The notes under the pieces were generated by a model. It was not told the DNA's origin. It ran no database searches and saw only the letters and a list, made by a program, of their open reading frames with translations. DNA of 63,108 nucleotides, the filler included, from Bigelowiella natans CCMP2755 (taxonomy: Eukaryota; Protista; Cercozoa): NCBI GenBank assembly GCA_000320545.1. It is 7 parts of 7 records of this genome, joined end to end, with 100 filler letters (N's around TTAATTAATTAA, not from the genome) between each part and the next. Parts side by side here need not be neighbours in the genome. Positions count along the whole stretch, not along the records: positions 18,168 to 39,214 come from ADNK01000496.1; positions 39,315 to 46,681 come from ADNK01000854.1; 5 more parts are not named here. One strand, 5' to 3'. The translations under genes were made by a program, and so were the position numbers. Below are positions 26,917-41,324 of the stretch, piece by piece (the stretch's first letter is position 1; every line of letters begins with the position of its first letter).

Positions 26917-29301
26917 AATCGTTGTCATCGTCGTCGTTATCATCTTGCAGGTGCTCTTTCTGACCAGAAGAATATAGACAAATTGGCTGACCTCGCTGGC
27001 AAAGGACTCCAAAGTTTATCTGTAGGACGAGCATCCTCCATTCATCTCTCTCCCTCTTTCAACTATCCGAACAATCGTCTTTACTATGACCCTGACTTGG
27101 AGCAATCATAATCTTGATTAAACGATGACTGTCACCACTGTATCTCATATCAGGAAATTGCCGAGAAAGGCGACATAAAAGACAAGGGGGGAGATATAAT
27201 AAATAGCGCCCAGAAAGTCCTAAACCAAATCGCTGAGGGTGATAGTGATAGTAGTAGTAGTTGATGATGATAATGATGATGATGAAGTTGATCATTACGA
27301 TGACGTTGTTGTAGCAGTAGTATAGTGAAAATCGCGCCCAGCTTTGTACAGGAAGAAATCATCTGCTGCACAAAATCAATACCCGATCACTTCAAGGAGG
27401 ATGATAGTAATTATACAATGCAGCTGCTAAGCTTGAATTTGTTGTGTCAGGAAAGGGTCTTTCATCCGACGAATTACAGAAATGGTTAATGATCTTCCAT
27501 TTCTTCTTCCATTTTTCATATTAAGTATTAAGTTGTCCATCTATCTATCATAATCATCATAATCATCACATCAGGACGCAGTACGTTACAAGCTCCGAGA
27601 AGCAGAAGTCGAGCAAGCTTCAAGACGACCCAAATCTCGCCGCCATTCTAGGCAAGGCGAACAGTCTCCTGACGTCACCGGAGGCCATCAAGTTTATCAA
27701 GAACAAGAAAAATGGTCTATCAAAGGGGGGGGAGACGCTGTTAGGAAAGCTGGAAGGGGTGATGAAGGACAAGAAATCCAAGGATTTTATACAGAAGTGG
27801 GCAAAGTCTGGCCTTGACATTCTCCGAACAGCGACTGCTGACCGTGTATATACGATAAATCAAGGGTTTAAATTCCACGTTAGGAGCGAACCCAGCATGT
27901 CCAAAGCTTCCAAGAACGGCATCATCCTTCGCTCAGGAGATGTACGAATGCACGCCCCCCTGTCGTGTCGTCTTCGTTTTCCTTTTTTTGTCGACGATGA
28001 TGATGATGATGATGATGATTGAGCAGTAGTTGTGTTAACATCATGAAAACAATGGACGCGATGTGGGGGAGGGGGGAAAGAGAAGAATAAAAACAAAAAC
28101 AACACAACATCCTACTAATCAAACAGCTGCTAACACAATAACTCTGACAATACTAATAGTATCTGAATCATCCTTCATCATCATGGTCATCGTCGTTATC
28201 ATAGCTCACCATCGTCTTTCTCGTCGTCATTCACCAGGTATTCACGGTCTCAGAGGTGCGAGAAGACCCCAGCGGCAAACAGACATACCTAAAGCTGTCA
28301 GATGGTAGAGGGTGGGTATTCACAGATCATCCCAAGCCAGACGATAACCGAAAACTGGTGTCGGAGATCAATCTCACCCCGGAAGAAGAAAAGGAATTAA
28401 TGAATAAAGAAGAAAACGGTGGTAGCGATGATGGAAGCGGGGCGTCTGGCGCCAGTAGCAAGAAGGCCGGCGAGCTGCTACGTGCACAAAGGCGTTTTAA
28501 GCACAGAGGGAAGATGCTGCTCGATATCACAGGCAAGCGCTATCTAGGAAAGAGCGCCGATGAGCTGTTGTCGCACGGAGGGCGCTTGATGAAGGACAAC
28601 ATAGCCCGGAACGCGTTCTTGACGGAGATCAAGGACGCGAGCGTGGAGTTTCTTCTTTCCTATTTGCCCACGATGCAGGTGGGACCCATAGAGGGGGAGA
28701 AGGACAACGTCAAGTACAAGCTATGGGATATTGACTTGTCAGGCTTCAAGATCCTTTCCGAGCACGTCATGGTGAGTTTCAATGAGAAGACGATGGAGCT
28801 CACAGTCATAGCCACCAAACTATCGTGCAAAATGAAGCGCTTAGGCTGGCAGTACAAGCAGCAGAAGTTTCCCTATCTCTCAGGAAAGGGACTCGCTAAC
28901 GCGTACACCTCCAACGCGCGCTTTATCTTCGTGGTTAAGATTGAATTCATCAAACCGGAGGAGGCAGACAGGAGGAAGAAAGAGATTGAGAAGCGCGACA
29001 AGCAGCGTGAGGAGGAAGCGATCGCCAAGAAAAGATCGAAGGGATTCACAACCGCCACCCACTCGATTATCATCAATAAAAACAAGTCACCACAGAGAAC
29101 TAATAATAACACTGATGAAACGAGGAGTGGAGAGAGGAAAAAAGAGGAGAGGAAGGGTGAGGAGAAGAAGCGCGTCGGCACTGTGGTCGTTGACACAGCG
29201 GCAACGACGGCGGCGGCTGACATCAACAATGACGCGCCTCAGTCACCCACCCAGCAATCTGTTATAACAACTGAGGACAAAGAGAAACTGATCTTGCAGG
29301 T

Positions 29302-29335
<34 letters not shown>

Positions 29336-29706
29336 CGGTAACACCAGTCATCATGCATACGTGCGTGCGGTGAATTATGAGAGCAAGAGGAGGCAGGAGG
29401 ATGATGAAAAGATGACGATAGTGAAGAATTGTGATGTTGTTTCATATCTACTCTTATAGCAGCACGAACTCTTGCGCTTTACTTAAGACCGCATTATTAT
29501 TATTATTACATAATACTCCCCTCTGTAGGTGACTCTGACGAAGAAGAAGATGGTAATGACCGATTTGTCGCTTACGTTCGACACAGGTTGATGTTCTTGA
29601 CGTTGGTGCAGTGGAATGTGATGATGGTGATGATATGATAATGATGGAAATATGGACGATGGTGGTGGCATTGCACTCGCTTACATATTTCTATAATATG
29701 CATATG

Positions 29707-29756
<50 letters not shown>

Positions 29757-30250
29757 ATGTGTGTGTGTGCGTGTGTTGTGTTTTGTCTTTTTTCATTTTC
29801 TCTATCTCTCTCCTTCCGTATTTTTCTTGCTCTTCCACGCTCATACGTTCACGCATGTTACTAGGTGGAGGAGCCTCAACCTGGTTTTACAACAAGGTGT
29901 CCGCCATTTTCAAAGAAAGCATTCGTATGTACGTAGAAGAGCATCTTAACAAGTCCCTGGAGTCGTACAGCTACCTGATCCTCGATCTCTGTAACAAGTA
30001 CGCGCAGCAGTACTACTTAACACTGCTCGACATTGTGAAAGCAGCCAAGAAAGGCGCGTTGGAGAGCAAGAAGGGCGCTTCTTTGTCCCCGCAAAAGGGG
30101 AAGGATGCCTCTAATAGCACCAATAAACCGACCGATGACACAACGATAATAACGACAACGCAATCAGAAAATGGCGTTGCTGCTGAAACCGAGAAAACGA
30201 GAAATACTGTCGCTAGAGGCCGAACAAATAGCACAGAGCTCACCCTCTAA
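25383..30250 (+). CDS. Multi-exon protein with an SH3-like domain and a C-terminal TULIP (BPI/LBP-like) lipid-binding domain
   Basis: FHVRSEPS...LRSGD-VFTVSEV...YLKLSDGRGWVF (SH3b-like); LPTMQVGPIEG...IDLSGF...WQYKQQKFPYLSGKGLA...LSLTF-GGGASTWFYNKVSAIFKESIRMYVE (BPI N-terminal-like pattern). Confidence 0.7.
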
Positions 30251-31459
30251 GCTGCTTACAACACCAAGAACACCATTCTATAATTCTTTGGCATAGCTAG
30301 ATAGATAACACTGTTTAGTTTCGGTGCTAGCAGCAGCAGCAGCAGCAACAGGAAGTACCGTTAACTATATTACGGCAAAAAATAATGAGTTATTGAACAG
30401 AAAATAGATCACTCGGCTGTGGCAAAACCTTGTAAATCAGCATCCCAGCCGAAATTGTCACACAAATAGAATTTAATCATGGCATATTGTCATTGTGCAT
30501 GCTTCCCGAAATTGACAGGCATTGGTAGCACATTTCGATGAACTACGTCTCATTATGCCCGACGCGACGCACTTTGCATTGTGGCATTTAGACGTAGGAT
30601 GTAGTTGAATTGTTGAGTTCTGCGCAATTTACACGCACGCGCGCGCGCCCGTGCTAGCGTGTGGCACAGGCATGATGACTAGATGAGTGTGTTCGACATC
30701 AAGAGACAAACAACTTGCTAGCTTGGATCATGGCAAGATGATGGACACTGAGTGATGCAATGAGCACTCTTGCATCATGTGTCCATCATCAGGACACCAA
30801 GCTAGCAAGTGATGTGATGTGCACACTGCTAGACTGTGCACGTCCATTGTCGAGTGACAATGATGCTGGAATGCAACAAACACGTTGCATGGCTAGTGCA
30901 GCGCGCAGTGATCAGATGATGAACAAGGGAAAGAAACCAAAAAGACGAAGAATGGCGCGCTCTCCTCCTGCTCATCACTTCAAACTGACTGGCTGTGTCC
31001 ATTGCATCCGCCATGTTGCACCAGGTGCACACCTGCTAGCCTGACTTGCAACTCCAGAACTCTGGAACTGAATCAAGTGTTCCTCAGTTTCTTCAGAGCC
31101 ATCAGAATGTCGTTCAAGAAATCCTTGAACTCTTTGCATGTGGTCTGAGCAGACCGGCAAAGTGATTCTGGCACCAAGGGCAACTTCCTCCAAGTTCCCA
31201 GGGAAACACAACAAAATGCACAAGAAGAGCATTTTCCGTGTCTCTCAATTGGTGTCTCTCAATCCTGTTCCAGTTTCGCGTCGCCAACCGCATCGCAGTG
31301 ACCAACGGGAAGATCCAGGTCTACCATGCACATCTTGCACCAACTACCTGACAACATTGATTCTCTCTCTCTCTTGTGCATCATCCTGAAGAAAGAAAGA
31401 AACATGAGCTCTCTGAATCTCTCTTTCTCGTTGCTCACTCAATGAATGATTTGCAGTGA

Positions 31460-31520
31460 GAGATCCACGGAGATCCACGGAGATCCATGGAATATCCTAG
31501 GTTGGAGATCCACGGAGATT
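31460..31520. repeat. 10-bp tandem repeat GAGATCCAYG
   Basis: Copies at 31460, 31470, 31480 and 31505 plus a partial one, just upstream of the lipase start. Confidence 0.85.
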
Positions 31521-31563
31521 CTCCAAGAGCAATAACCGACACGTGCCGCTTCAGAGCAGAGTC

Positions 31564-32702
31564 ATGTTGTCCCCGACAACAATGGGTGCCCGTCAAATCC
31601 TCGTGTTGTGCCTTGGGCTGCTCTTTTCTCCGGGATGCTGCGAGCGCTTCGGTGCCGTTGACGTTGACTTTGACGTAGTTGAAGCCAACAAGACTCTTCA
31701 CCTGGCCTGGTCGGCCTACTGTAACGAAACTGCGCTGCAGGCATGGGATTGCGAATGGTGCACTGGACCCAACTCCATCCCCAATGTCAATCTCGTAAAG
31801 TACCTCAAAAACAAGGAAGCCGGGACGCAGGGATTTGTTGGAATTGACAATACGAGAAAGAGGGTTGTCGTAGCTTATCGGGGTTCCAAAAACTTCGAGA
31901 ACACGGTGCAGGACGCAGAGTTTTGGATGACAAGGTGGCCATTACATCATGTATGAATTTTTAGCGTCTATTCCAGCCTGATGATATATATTTTCAATAC
32001 AATGCGGGTGTAATCGTCAGATTCGGTCCCTCGGGTGTCAAGGTAGACCACGGATTTCTGTCTGCGTACATGTCCGTTCGCAACGAAACTCTTGTCGCCG
32101 TTAAAGCTGCACTCAACACGTGCAGCAGCAGCAGCGATACCAACAAGCCTTTGTCATCCGATTGTAGAAGTGTTTTGTTCACCGGGCACTCTCTTGGAGC
32201 TGCAATGGCTACCATTGGAGCTGCTGAAGTTGCAGCGAAAGATGACAGCATTTTTGCGAATGTTGAAGTAAATCTGTTCACCTTCGGCAGTCCTCGAGTG
32301 GGCAACAAAGAATTCGTCGCATGGGCTACGTCCAATTTGATTCACAGTGGAACAACCAGGAAGAAGGACGTCGGCAGAGTGGACAATAGCACGGTCGCAG
32401 CCCTTGCAGGCAGTGGCAGTTTGAGGAGAATGCGTAGGGAAAAGGACATTGTACCTTCTATTCCACCGAGATCTATTGGCTACAGGCATATGCCCACTGA
32501 GGTATGGAATAGGCATAACGACAGTGACAACAGCAGCAATAATTCGTATGTGCTATGCAACGGCTCTGGTGAAGATCCCAATTGTGGTGACCAGGAGGAG
32601 CGCCCTTTCTTCCCCCTGTATCTGTTGCACCTGAGCGGTGCTGAGCACACGCGCTACATGGGATATCAGGGAGGAGGATGTACTGGGGGCCACGATAACT
32701 GA
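31564..32702 (+). CDS. Secreted class 3 (fungal-type) lipase; one intron 31935-32020
   Basis: N-terminal hydrophobic signal, SAYC, VVAYRGS, VDHGF, FTGHSLGAA (GxSxG nucleophile), TFGSPRVGN, DIVPSIPP, GYRH..EVW, HTRY. Confidence 0.95.
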
Positions 32703-33441
32703 GCTGTAATTTAATGATGAGCAAGTTTATTTTGCATACGTATGTGTCATCTATACTGAATATACTTTCTAGTTTGCACATATATCTAGGTAATTTCGTG
32801 TGAGACGGATGTAATGAACAAATTAGATTTGTTCAATGGTCACCCTGATGTAGCTGTGCAAAGCGTGTACACATACAAAGACTAGATGACGTTCTACATA
32901 GCACATGTAGGCGACAGTATGCATTATACAATGCAAGTATTATTGTGATTACGGCGGGATCATGCGCTTCATATTTGTTTTCATATGGCTACGTTATTAT
33001 TGAATCTTGTTTTCTTCCAAATTTGCACATGCACACGGGCGCTTTATTCAACTGCCAAACGCATTTATTTAATGATACGCGCTATGTGATAAACGTCACT
33101 GCCTGTTCATAGGCGCTGCCTAAAGTAGATTAATTACGCTCTTTGTAGCAGCTGTTTGACTATAATGCAATAGACCATAGGAGGCACGTATACAATCGCC
33201 AAACTATAACAGACGCTATGTGCAACGAGCTATTCCACTAGCCATGGCTGCAAAGCTCTGCTAGCCAATATTTACGAATGTGATGCTGATGCAGCTGCTG
33301 CCGCCTGTCAATTTCACAAACGTTGCTTGAATTAATCTAGTAACACAGCGAGTGAATTTACATGTGGCCGTTATGTGTTATTGCACTCGTTGATCTCGTC
33401 GGTTTCCTAATTCTGCTATATCTCCATCATCATGTATGAAA

Positions 33442-35081
33442 CTATACGTCGCCTGTGAATTTGTAGGTGCGTTTGTAATCTTCGACTAAGATCTTGAACA
33501 CTGCTTTGCCGCCTTCGTCAAGATTCGCAAACATTTGCTTCATCTCGATCTGTTGGCGTCGGTGTTATCATGATGCGGAAACATAGAGATAATATCGTCA
33601 AAAATACAGCAACCCACCGACGAATGCCAATGCACCAGTGGCGATCGATGATGAATGAGGTCAAGAGAAAAATACCACACTGCTGCACGCATAATGCAAG
33701 ATGATGAGAGATGGCATGTACCTCGGAGCACAGTGCAAGGAGAGCGAAGACTCCTGGGAGGATTGAGTTCTTTTGTTTTGAATCCATTGGAAGCGCCCCA
33801 GTGCCTAGAGTGTTGACCAGCGTCGTCGCAATAAATGGAAGATGCCGCAACACCAACGATATCACAATGATCGAGATCATCACCATCATCATCACCATCA
33901 TCATCATGGCCATATTACGTTATTTTCTACTACTGCATCTACTTGACACAACTGACTATCATCGCATGCTGTTCATTCCACCATCCATTTGAAATGTTTG
34001 TGCTGGTTGTTGATGTTGTTGTTGTCGTTCAAAGTGGTAGATAAAAAGAAGGAACCTTCAGCGTACGCATGGATGACGTAGGGAATGTACTTGTTCACCA
34101 GTTTTATATGCTCCCGCTGGCCCTTTGGAGGGGGGGAGAGAAGCATCAGGGAAATTGATGTTTACCGAATTCCCAAAACCGCACACACAAACTCACACAG
34201 ATCTAGTCTAGAGAGAAAGAAAATTTAAATCAACATGTTCTGTACGAATTCTTCCCCTCCTCCTCCTCCTCCTCCTCCTCCTCCTCCTCCTCCCTCATTC
34301 CTCTCTTCTATCTTCTACTTCTTTCTCTCCATACCACAGCCTCAAAGACCCTCGATAGAGCATGCGCACACTCGATCGAAGATTGGTATTCCTCAAGATG
34401 TTGTTGCTCGTAGTATTGAGAAAAGTAGTGATAACGGGGGCTCTGAAGGGCACGGCCACGATAACTTGATGGGTGGCGCCAAAGTCTCTTCGTCGTCGAT
34501 TTAATTTTCACGATCATCGATGTGTTTGCTTCGCCATCAGTAGCTCCCCCCCCTGGGATGATAATTTATAGTAGCATGTATGTATTATCATCGAAGATGG
34601 TGTGCGTGACCGCGCGACATGAATACCATGCTACCTAGCAACATGTTGGCGATTGGGAGGACTCTTTTATATTGGATGTCGTCGTCGTATTTGATAAGGA
34701 TGATGATGATGATCATGATGATGATGATGGTGATGGCGGACAACCTGCCCGTCTACGCCAGATGTGAAGCAAGTAGTGCAGCAGCACGAGGAGCTGTTTG
34801 TTATATGCTGCGAACTTCAACGCCTAATGTGGTAGAAGTGACACTGATGAGAATAAAGGAATATGGGGGGGGGGGGGGAAGGGAGAAAACACCAACCATG
34901 GGGAAACTCGGTTGTGAATGTCAAAATGCGCCATCCTTCGCAGAGAGTTTTCTCAAAAATTAAGTTTGTGTGCGTGTGTGTGCGTTATTATACCAGAAGC
35001 TTAGCCCGGTGCTTGATGAGGAAGAGCAATGGTCGACACACGAGCAGAAACACCTGAAAAGAGGGATTACCAATCACTGAG

Positions 35082-35129
<48 letters not shown>

Positions 35130-35671
35130 GCTACGATGAAATCAAGCAGCAGCATGGGAAATCTTCTGCACATAGTATATTGGATAACCAACCTCATTTA
35201 ACTTGGAAATAGACAATAGCTTTCAAAATGATTATTGCAAATGGCGTGGGGGCGCGGAATGTACGAAGTATTCAGATTGATTGAAACAAAAAAAATGAAT
35301 GCCACCTTAAATACCGCCCTCCGCAGACGCGCGCCATGGCGGAGGGTGAGGGGAGACGCGAGTGTAGAGACAACATGTAGCGAGAGAGATATGTGCGATC
35401 CTGGCATTGGGGGATAATACTCAAAAGAGAAAGACATCAATTTGCATTGAATGTACATACACACACATGCACAGAGAGGGGGGGGGGGGGAGAGGGAGAG
35501 GGAGACGATGGTGCTAGCATACGCCAAAATACCTTTAAGGGAAATGCCCTTCTGGTTTGTAAGAAGGAGCGACAACACGCGGACGGCGGCACCAACCACT
35601 CGTTCGGACAATACCCGAATATTGCTACTCGTCCCTATAGGTGGTGGTGAGAAATTATTTAGAGGGAGAAA

Positions 35672-35710
<39 letters not shown>

Positions 35711-36653
35711 TGAAGAAGAGAAAAAGAAAAGGGGAAAGAAGGAAATAAATATTTAAAAAAGTAATCATATGATACCTCCTTTTTCAAAAAACTTTCATGT
35801 GAGAAAGAGGAGACAGAAAGGGAGAGAGAGGAAGAGAGAGAGAGAGAGAGTATCACTCTCGGCGCCCCGCCCTCTTCCCTCCAAAATCACGAAGTCAAGA
35901 ATGGGGGGAACATGAGAAAACCATGCTCTTAATTCTACCCCCACCAGCCCTATTTTAAACAATCTCCCACCGGAGAGCCACGTAGGGAGGAAGGCCGCCA
36001 CTGTGTGTGCAATTCGATGCAGGATTGATGACAGGTGTGCGTGCAGTATCTTTGAGCGGCGTTTTAGCGTCCCTTTCTTTATCAGCGCTGTTAGCCAATT
36101 TAAGCTCAACAGCGCCGCTTTAGGGCCAGTCATCAGCCGAGCATCACTGCCATCGTCGTGTTCATTGTCATTGCTATTTTCTTCGGCTTCATCCTGTTCC
36201 TTTTCGGATGACCCACCCCCCCTTCTTGGCCCGGAAGAAACGCCTTCCGCTTGCAGCATCCTGATGTTGTTAAGAGAGGGGAAGGAGGAGGAGGAGGAGG
36301 AGGAGGAGGAGGAGGAGAATGGCGTGTTGTGCTGTAGGTGAAAACAATTTAAAGCAGTGCTCTCTCTTCTTCGTTTATGCAATGGTGTGATGATGCCCCC
36401 CACCCAATAATAATACCCGTCAGCTGCATCTGTAAGATGATTGAGGGAGGCTTGTAGCAAATTGGAGAAGTCACGAGGACTTGCCGTGTGTAGGAGATAG
36501 TCAAACAGCGCAGCGGCCTTTACATTGTTGTTGCTACTGCTATTGCTGTGATTAACACCAGTAGTAGTAGTAGTAATGGTAGTAGTAGTATAGTATGGAG
36601 GGGAGGTAGGAAGGAGGTAATATTATTGCATCAGCTATTGCATTATAAGAGAC

Positions 36654-36697
<44 letters not shown>

Positions 36698-38800
36698 TCC
36701 ACGTGATATTTCCTGCTGCTCTCTCCTTCCTCCTCCTCCTCCTCCTCTCTTAGGGGGCGAAATGTACTCAAACACACACATATTTCTACAGAGCAGTAAT
36801 ACACACGCACACATATACACACACACTAGATTTTGCCTCTACCTACCCCCATTTGATCATACCCCTTTTGCAAACGCTGCAGCTGAATCTCACGTGCTTT
36901 GACATCAAGAATGCCAGCATTATATCCCTTTCCTCCTCCTCCTCCCCTCCTCGCAATTGTTCTTGGGTTTGTCGTCGCGACCGGAGTTATCGCTGTATGC
37001 GGCCTGGAAGCTCCTCTCATCATCATCATCATCATCCCTCGTTGGTGGTTCAGGTCGTAGCTGTAGTAGTTGAGTGCACTAAGATAGGCCATGACGCAAG
37101 GCATCGTTGCAGCCCCAAGGACCCCTCCTTTCCCGACTCCTGCCTCTCTCCCTCCTCCTCCTCCTCCTCCTCCTCCTCCTCCTCTATCTCCTTTTTCTCC
37201 TCGACTGCTGCCGCCATTCCTTCTTTTTCTTCTCTCCTGTTCGCCAGTAGTATTCAGATTGTTTGGGTTGGCAGCTACCTCCTCCTCCTCCTCCTCCTCG
37301 TCTTGCTTCGATATGTTCCCCCTCTTCTGCTTCTTGTTCTTCATCATAACCACTTCCAAAAGAAGGTCGGCTGCTGCAGCGCGCATGGGCGGCGTAGACA
37401 ACTTTGGATCTGATATCCACCCGAGACCAGCTGCGAGCAGCGAGCCAATCCCTAGCCCATCTACTGGATGATCGTAGTAATGGTCAAGCTCATCCTCTTC
37501 CTCCTCCTCCTCCTCTTTATTCTTATTCTTCTTCATGTTCTTTTTCTTCTTCTTCTTCTTCTTGCTCTTCTTCTCGTGCTCCACACCGTCCCGATCGTCG
37601 TCTCCACTCTGCCTTCTTCTACCACCAAATCGTCGCCGCACGCGAAGGCTGCACGCACACATGTCAAGCACGGCACAGAGGTACTCAGAGGATGGGGGTA
37701 CTGCTTTCACGAGCTGATTGCTTTCCTCCTCCTCCTCTTCCTTCTTTTTCTCGGTGGTGGTGGTTGTGAGGGCAGCCTCGATCATCGGTCGCAGGACCGA
37801 AGTACTACATAGCGCCCACACCCCCTCAGGAAGGGGAAGAATCGAGGAGGAAGAGGAAGGTGAGGCAGAGGAGAAAGCAGCATTCGTAGAAGGGTTTGCC
37901 ACCCCATTGAGGATCGCTGCGGCGCGTGATAGCAGCCACGCGGCACGGGAGTAGTCGTAACGAGAGCGAGCAGCCGATGATGGTGAGGAGGGGTAGCTGC
38001 GAGAGGACAGCATGGCCAATTGCTTCTTCAGACGCGGCACGAGGGATCTCAGGATTTTGGACAAGGATTCCCAAAGCGAAACTCCTCCTCCAGACGTGTC
38101 GTCGCTTCTTCCCGCTGCAAGGGCGGTGGATGCTAGGGAGGAGAGCGTTGACAATGTGTGTTGCTCTATTCCAACGCACAATCTCTTCAATGCACTCTGC
38201 TGCTGCCTTGGCTGCACAGCGATTGGTGTTGCTTCCCTCTCCCCCCCTCCTTGTTTTGGACGATGACGCTTTCGGTGGTGGTAGTGGCGGTGGTCATAGT
38301 AGGCTGTGATGACGACGACAGCGGACTCCGCCCTCGGTCCCCCTTCTCCGGTAGCATCCTCATCCAGGGATGATGCTAACGAAGACAAGCCTCCCCCCGC
38401 AGGAAAGGTGAGAGACGTGCAGTCGTATTGAAACACCAGCTCTGCCATCTTCCGTTTTGTAATCGCCTGATATGATGTGAGATCGGTGGTTGCGAATGAT
38501 GAAAAGGGGGGCGACGGTAATGGCGAATATCTTGAGGGGAGAGCAAGAAATAAGGGGGGGGGGCGGGGGAGGGGGCTAAGAAAGCATAATCTAGAGCGGC
38601 GGAGCGTCATCAGCATCTCCTCATCATTATTATCATTGTTCTCTCATTACCTTGGCAAAAGCGGTGGGATCCTCGAGGCAAATCCTCCTGAAGACCGATC
38701 GAACGTAGAGCATGATCTCTAGCATAGCTTTCCTCGCGTGCATGGACAAACGGGGGGCAAGATACCTTTTCATCCGATTTAACTCTGTTTTCCACTATCG
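33442..38800 (-). CDS. URB2: Nucleolar pre-ribosomal-associated protein URB2/Npa2-like, 5' partial, multi-exon
   Basis: C-terminal exons KLVNKYIPYVIHAY, NSILPGVFALLALCSE-IEMKQMFANLDEGGKAVFKILVEDYKRTYKFTGDV* match the Urb2 C-terminal domain pattern; upstream helical exons carry low-complexity runs. Confidence 0.85.
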
Positions 38801-39025
38801 CTACTCATGCGGAGATGATCTCCATTTCTATGTGTTTGAACGCGTATTCATCCATAATACATGCACTATTGTCTACGAAACAAAAACGATAAAAAGGCAC
38901 CCCGTGACGAGAAAACCCCGCCACACGTTCGAACAAATGGTGGTCCGCCATTATCATCATCATCATCATCATCATCATCATTATCATTATCATCATTCTC
39001 ACACCATCACCCTCAATCCTCACAG

Positions 39026-39102
<77 letters not shown>

Positions 39103-39214
39103 TGGATAGAGGGAGAGCGTGTGTGTGAGAAGATAGGCAGAAAGGAGTCAATGATGTGGCGAATAAACTACGCGCGCACCACTATGTGTGTGTGCGTGTG
39201 GGGGGGTTTTCTCG

Positions 39215-39314
39215 NNNNNNNNNNNNNNNNNNNNNNNNNNNNNNNNNNNNNNNNNNNNTTAATTAATTAANNNNNNNNNNNNNNNNNNNNNNNNNNNNNN
39301 NNNNNNNNNNNNNN
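39215..39314. other. Artificial assembly linker
   Basis: 44 N + TTAATTAATTAA + 44 N. Confidence 0.98.
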
Positions 39315-39371
39315 CCGTGACTGCCCGCGGAGAACCGAACATTCGAGTCATGACCAGACACTGTGAGACGA

Positions 39372-39409
<38 letters not shown>

Positions 39410-39662
39410 CCAAACACATTCAATGCAGTCGAAAATGAAAAAGAGGAAGAGGAAGATAATTAAAATTAGCTTTCGTTTCCAGCCAAAGCATACAAAAATG
39501 TGGCTTGACCCAAAACTTGGCCGACACATACATTTCATCGAGGTGAAACTTCGACAAAGTTTCCCAAAAACGTTGGTCAGGTGTTATCTATTCTCAAAAT
39601 CCCATACACATAAAACCCGGCCCCGGCAGATTGATACTTTGCTTAATCTCTGTACATCGCAT

Positions 39663-39720
<58 letters not shown>

Positions 39721-40474
39721 TCTTTCTCTCTCTTTTTCCTCCTTTCCCGGAACACTGAATGAATGACTGACTGACCTCCGTGTATTCCTTGGAATAATGG
39801 CTCTCGAAGCTCGCTACTGCTGGATGCACGTAGGAGAGAATGTACACCAGTGTAGTGACGACTAGGGATAAGCCTGAGACCACCCCGACAGGTTAAACAA
39901 CATTAAGAATGTAATAAAAACATGGTGTTGCCGATGTGTATTGAGTAGCCTGTCAGGCCGCTTGTATTTCTAGGAATAATATCCCCCCAGCCCGTGGACA
40001 TGTGTATATTACTGAAACTCAGCGCGTTCTCCTTCGTTCTCTTGTTAAGGTAGTCGTCACAGAGAGAGCTATTTTAGAGGGGTAGGACATCATTTATTGA
40101 TATCAGCTTTGCCCAAGCTTTGTTGAAAATTTATCATCTCGCTCGCGCTAATCCCCTCCCTCCTCCCTTCCCTTTCTCTCTTGTGTCTTCTTATCTCTGG
40201 ATTTCTTTGTGTATACGCTTATGTGTCTAATTTGAATAGAAGTATAGAATTAGTGCGTGACAAGAAATCTCAGTCATAGTTACCTTTCATCTATCATTCG
40301 CTGGTAACTTAGAGAGTCGCAGTAGCAATCAATTTCCGTTTGAGTTGCATTGCTGGTGCGAATATACTGCTCATATTTCGGCTCGCATTCTCCCTGACTC
40401 GGAAGTCCGGCCTGGAAACTACATATGAGGGCGAGGAGGGGAATAACGTTAGGTAGCAGCATTGCCATTCTGAT

Positions 40475-40526
<52 letters not shown>

Positions 40527-40772
40527 TTATTTTCATTCACACAATGCATCCTCCTCTACCCCTATTCTCTATTTCACACAAGAGACCTCTTCAAGTAAAC
40601 AACGGAGACGAAGGAGCCTATGATGATAATGACGACCTACACGAACAAGGCAATGAAGATGAGAAAAAGGGGAAGCGTATTCAGGAGAACATATTCAAAA
40701 ATGGTGCGTTTGTGTGAATTTGCTCTATTAAATCTATGGACGAAGAAGAAGAAGAAGAAGAAGAAGAAGAAG

Positions 40773-40815
<43 letters not shown>

Positions 40816-41241
40816 GCTGCCGCTGCTACCATCCAAAACCCGAACGTGCGATTTCGCCCTCGGATCGTGTCGGTGACATCAAGCCCTACACAGGGTACAA
40901 AGTTAATGGTTGAAGCCACCTATTTCTTCATGTCCACAGGGTGCATGGTAACAAGTGAGACGGTAGCGAATACCAACATGAACGCATGCTCCATCTATCC
41001 GCACCAAATGCACGTTCAGATAGCCCGCCAACGCATGCTACCTTCGAAGTTTATGTCCGAGGGATGCGGGGCGGCTTCGACTCTTAACACGTTGTCGAAA
41101 AAGAACCTAAATAATGACAGTTAGCTTCATTGTATGCTCATTTCCCCCGGCTCTATCCCACCGAAACACACAGACTCACTTATCGAGACACGAAAGAAGG
41201 TCGACATATTTGTATCATAGAAGCAAACATATTGCACTATG

Positions 41242-41284
<43 letters not shown>

Positions 41285-41287
41285 AGG

Positions 41288-41324
<37 letters not shown>

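Noticed and set aside
40280-40468. Separate secreted protein starting MAMLLPNVIPLL
   Set aside because: The apparent signal peptide is intronic; the exon splices in phase into the OSCA/TMEM63-like gene.
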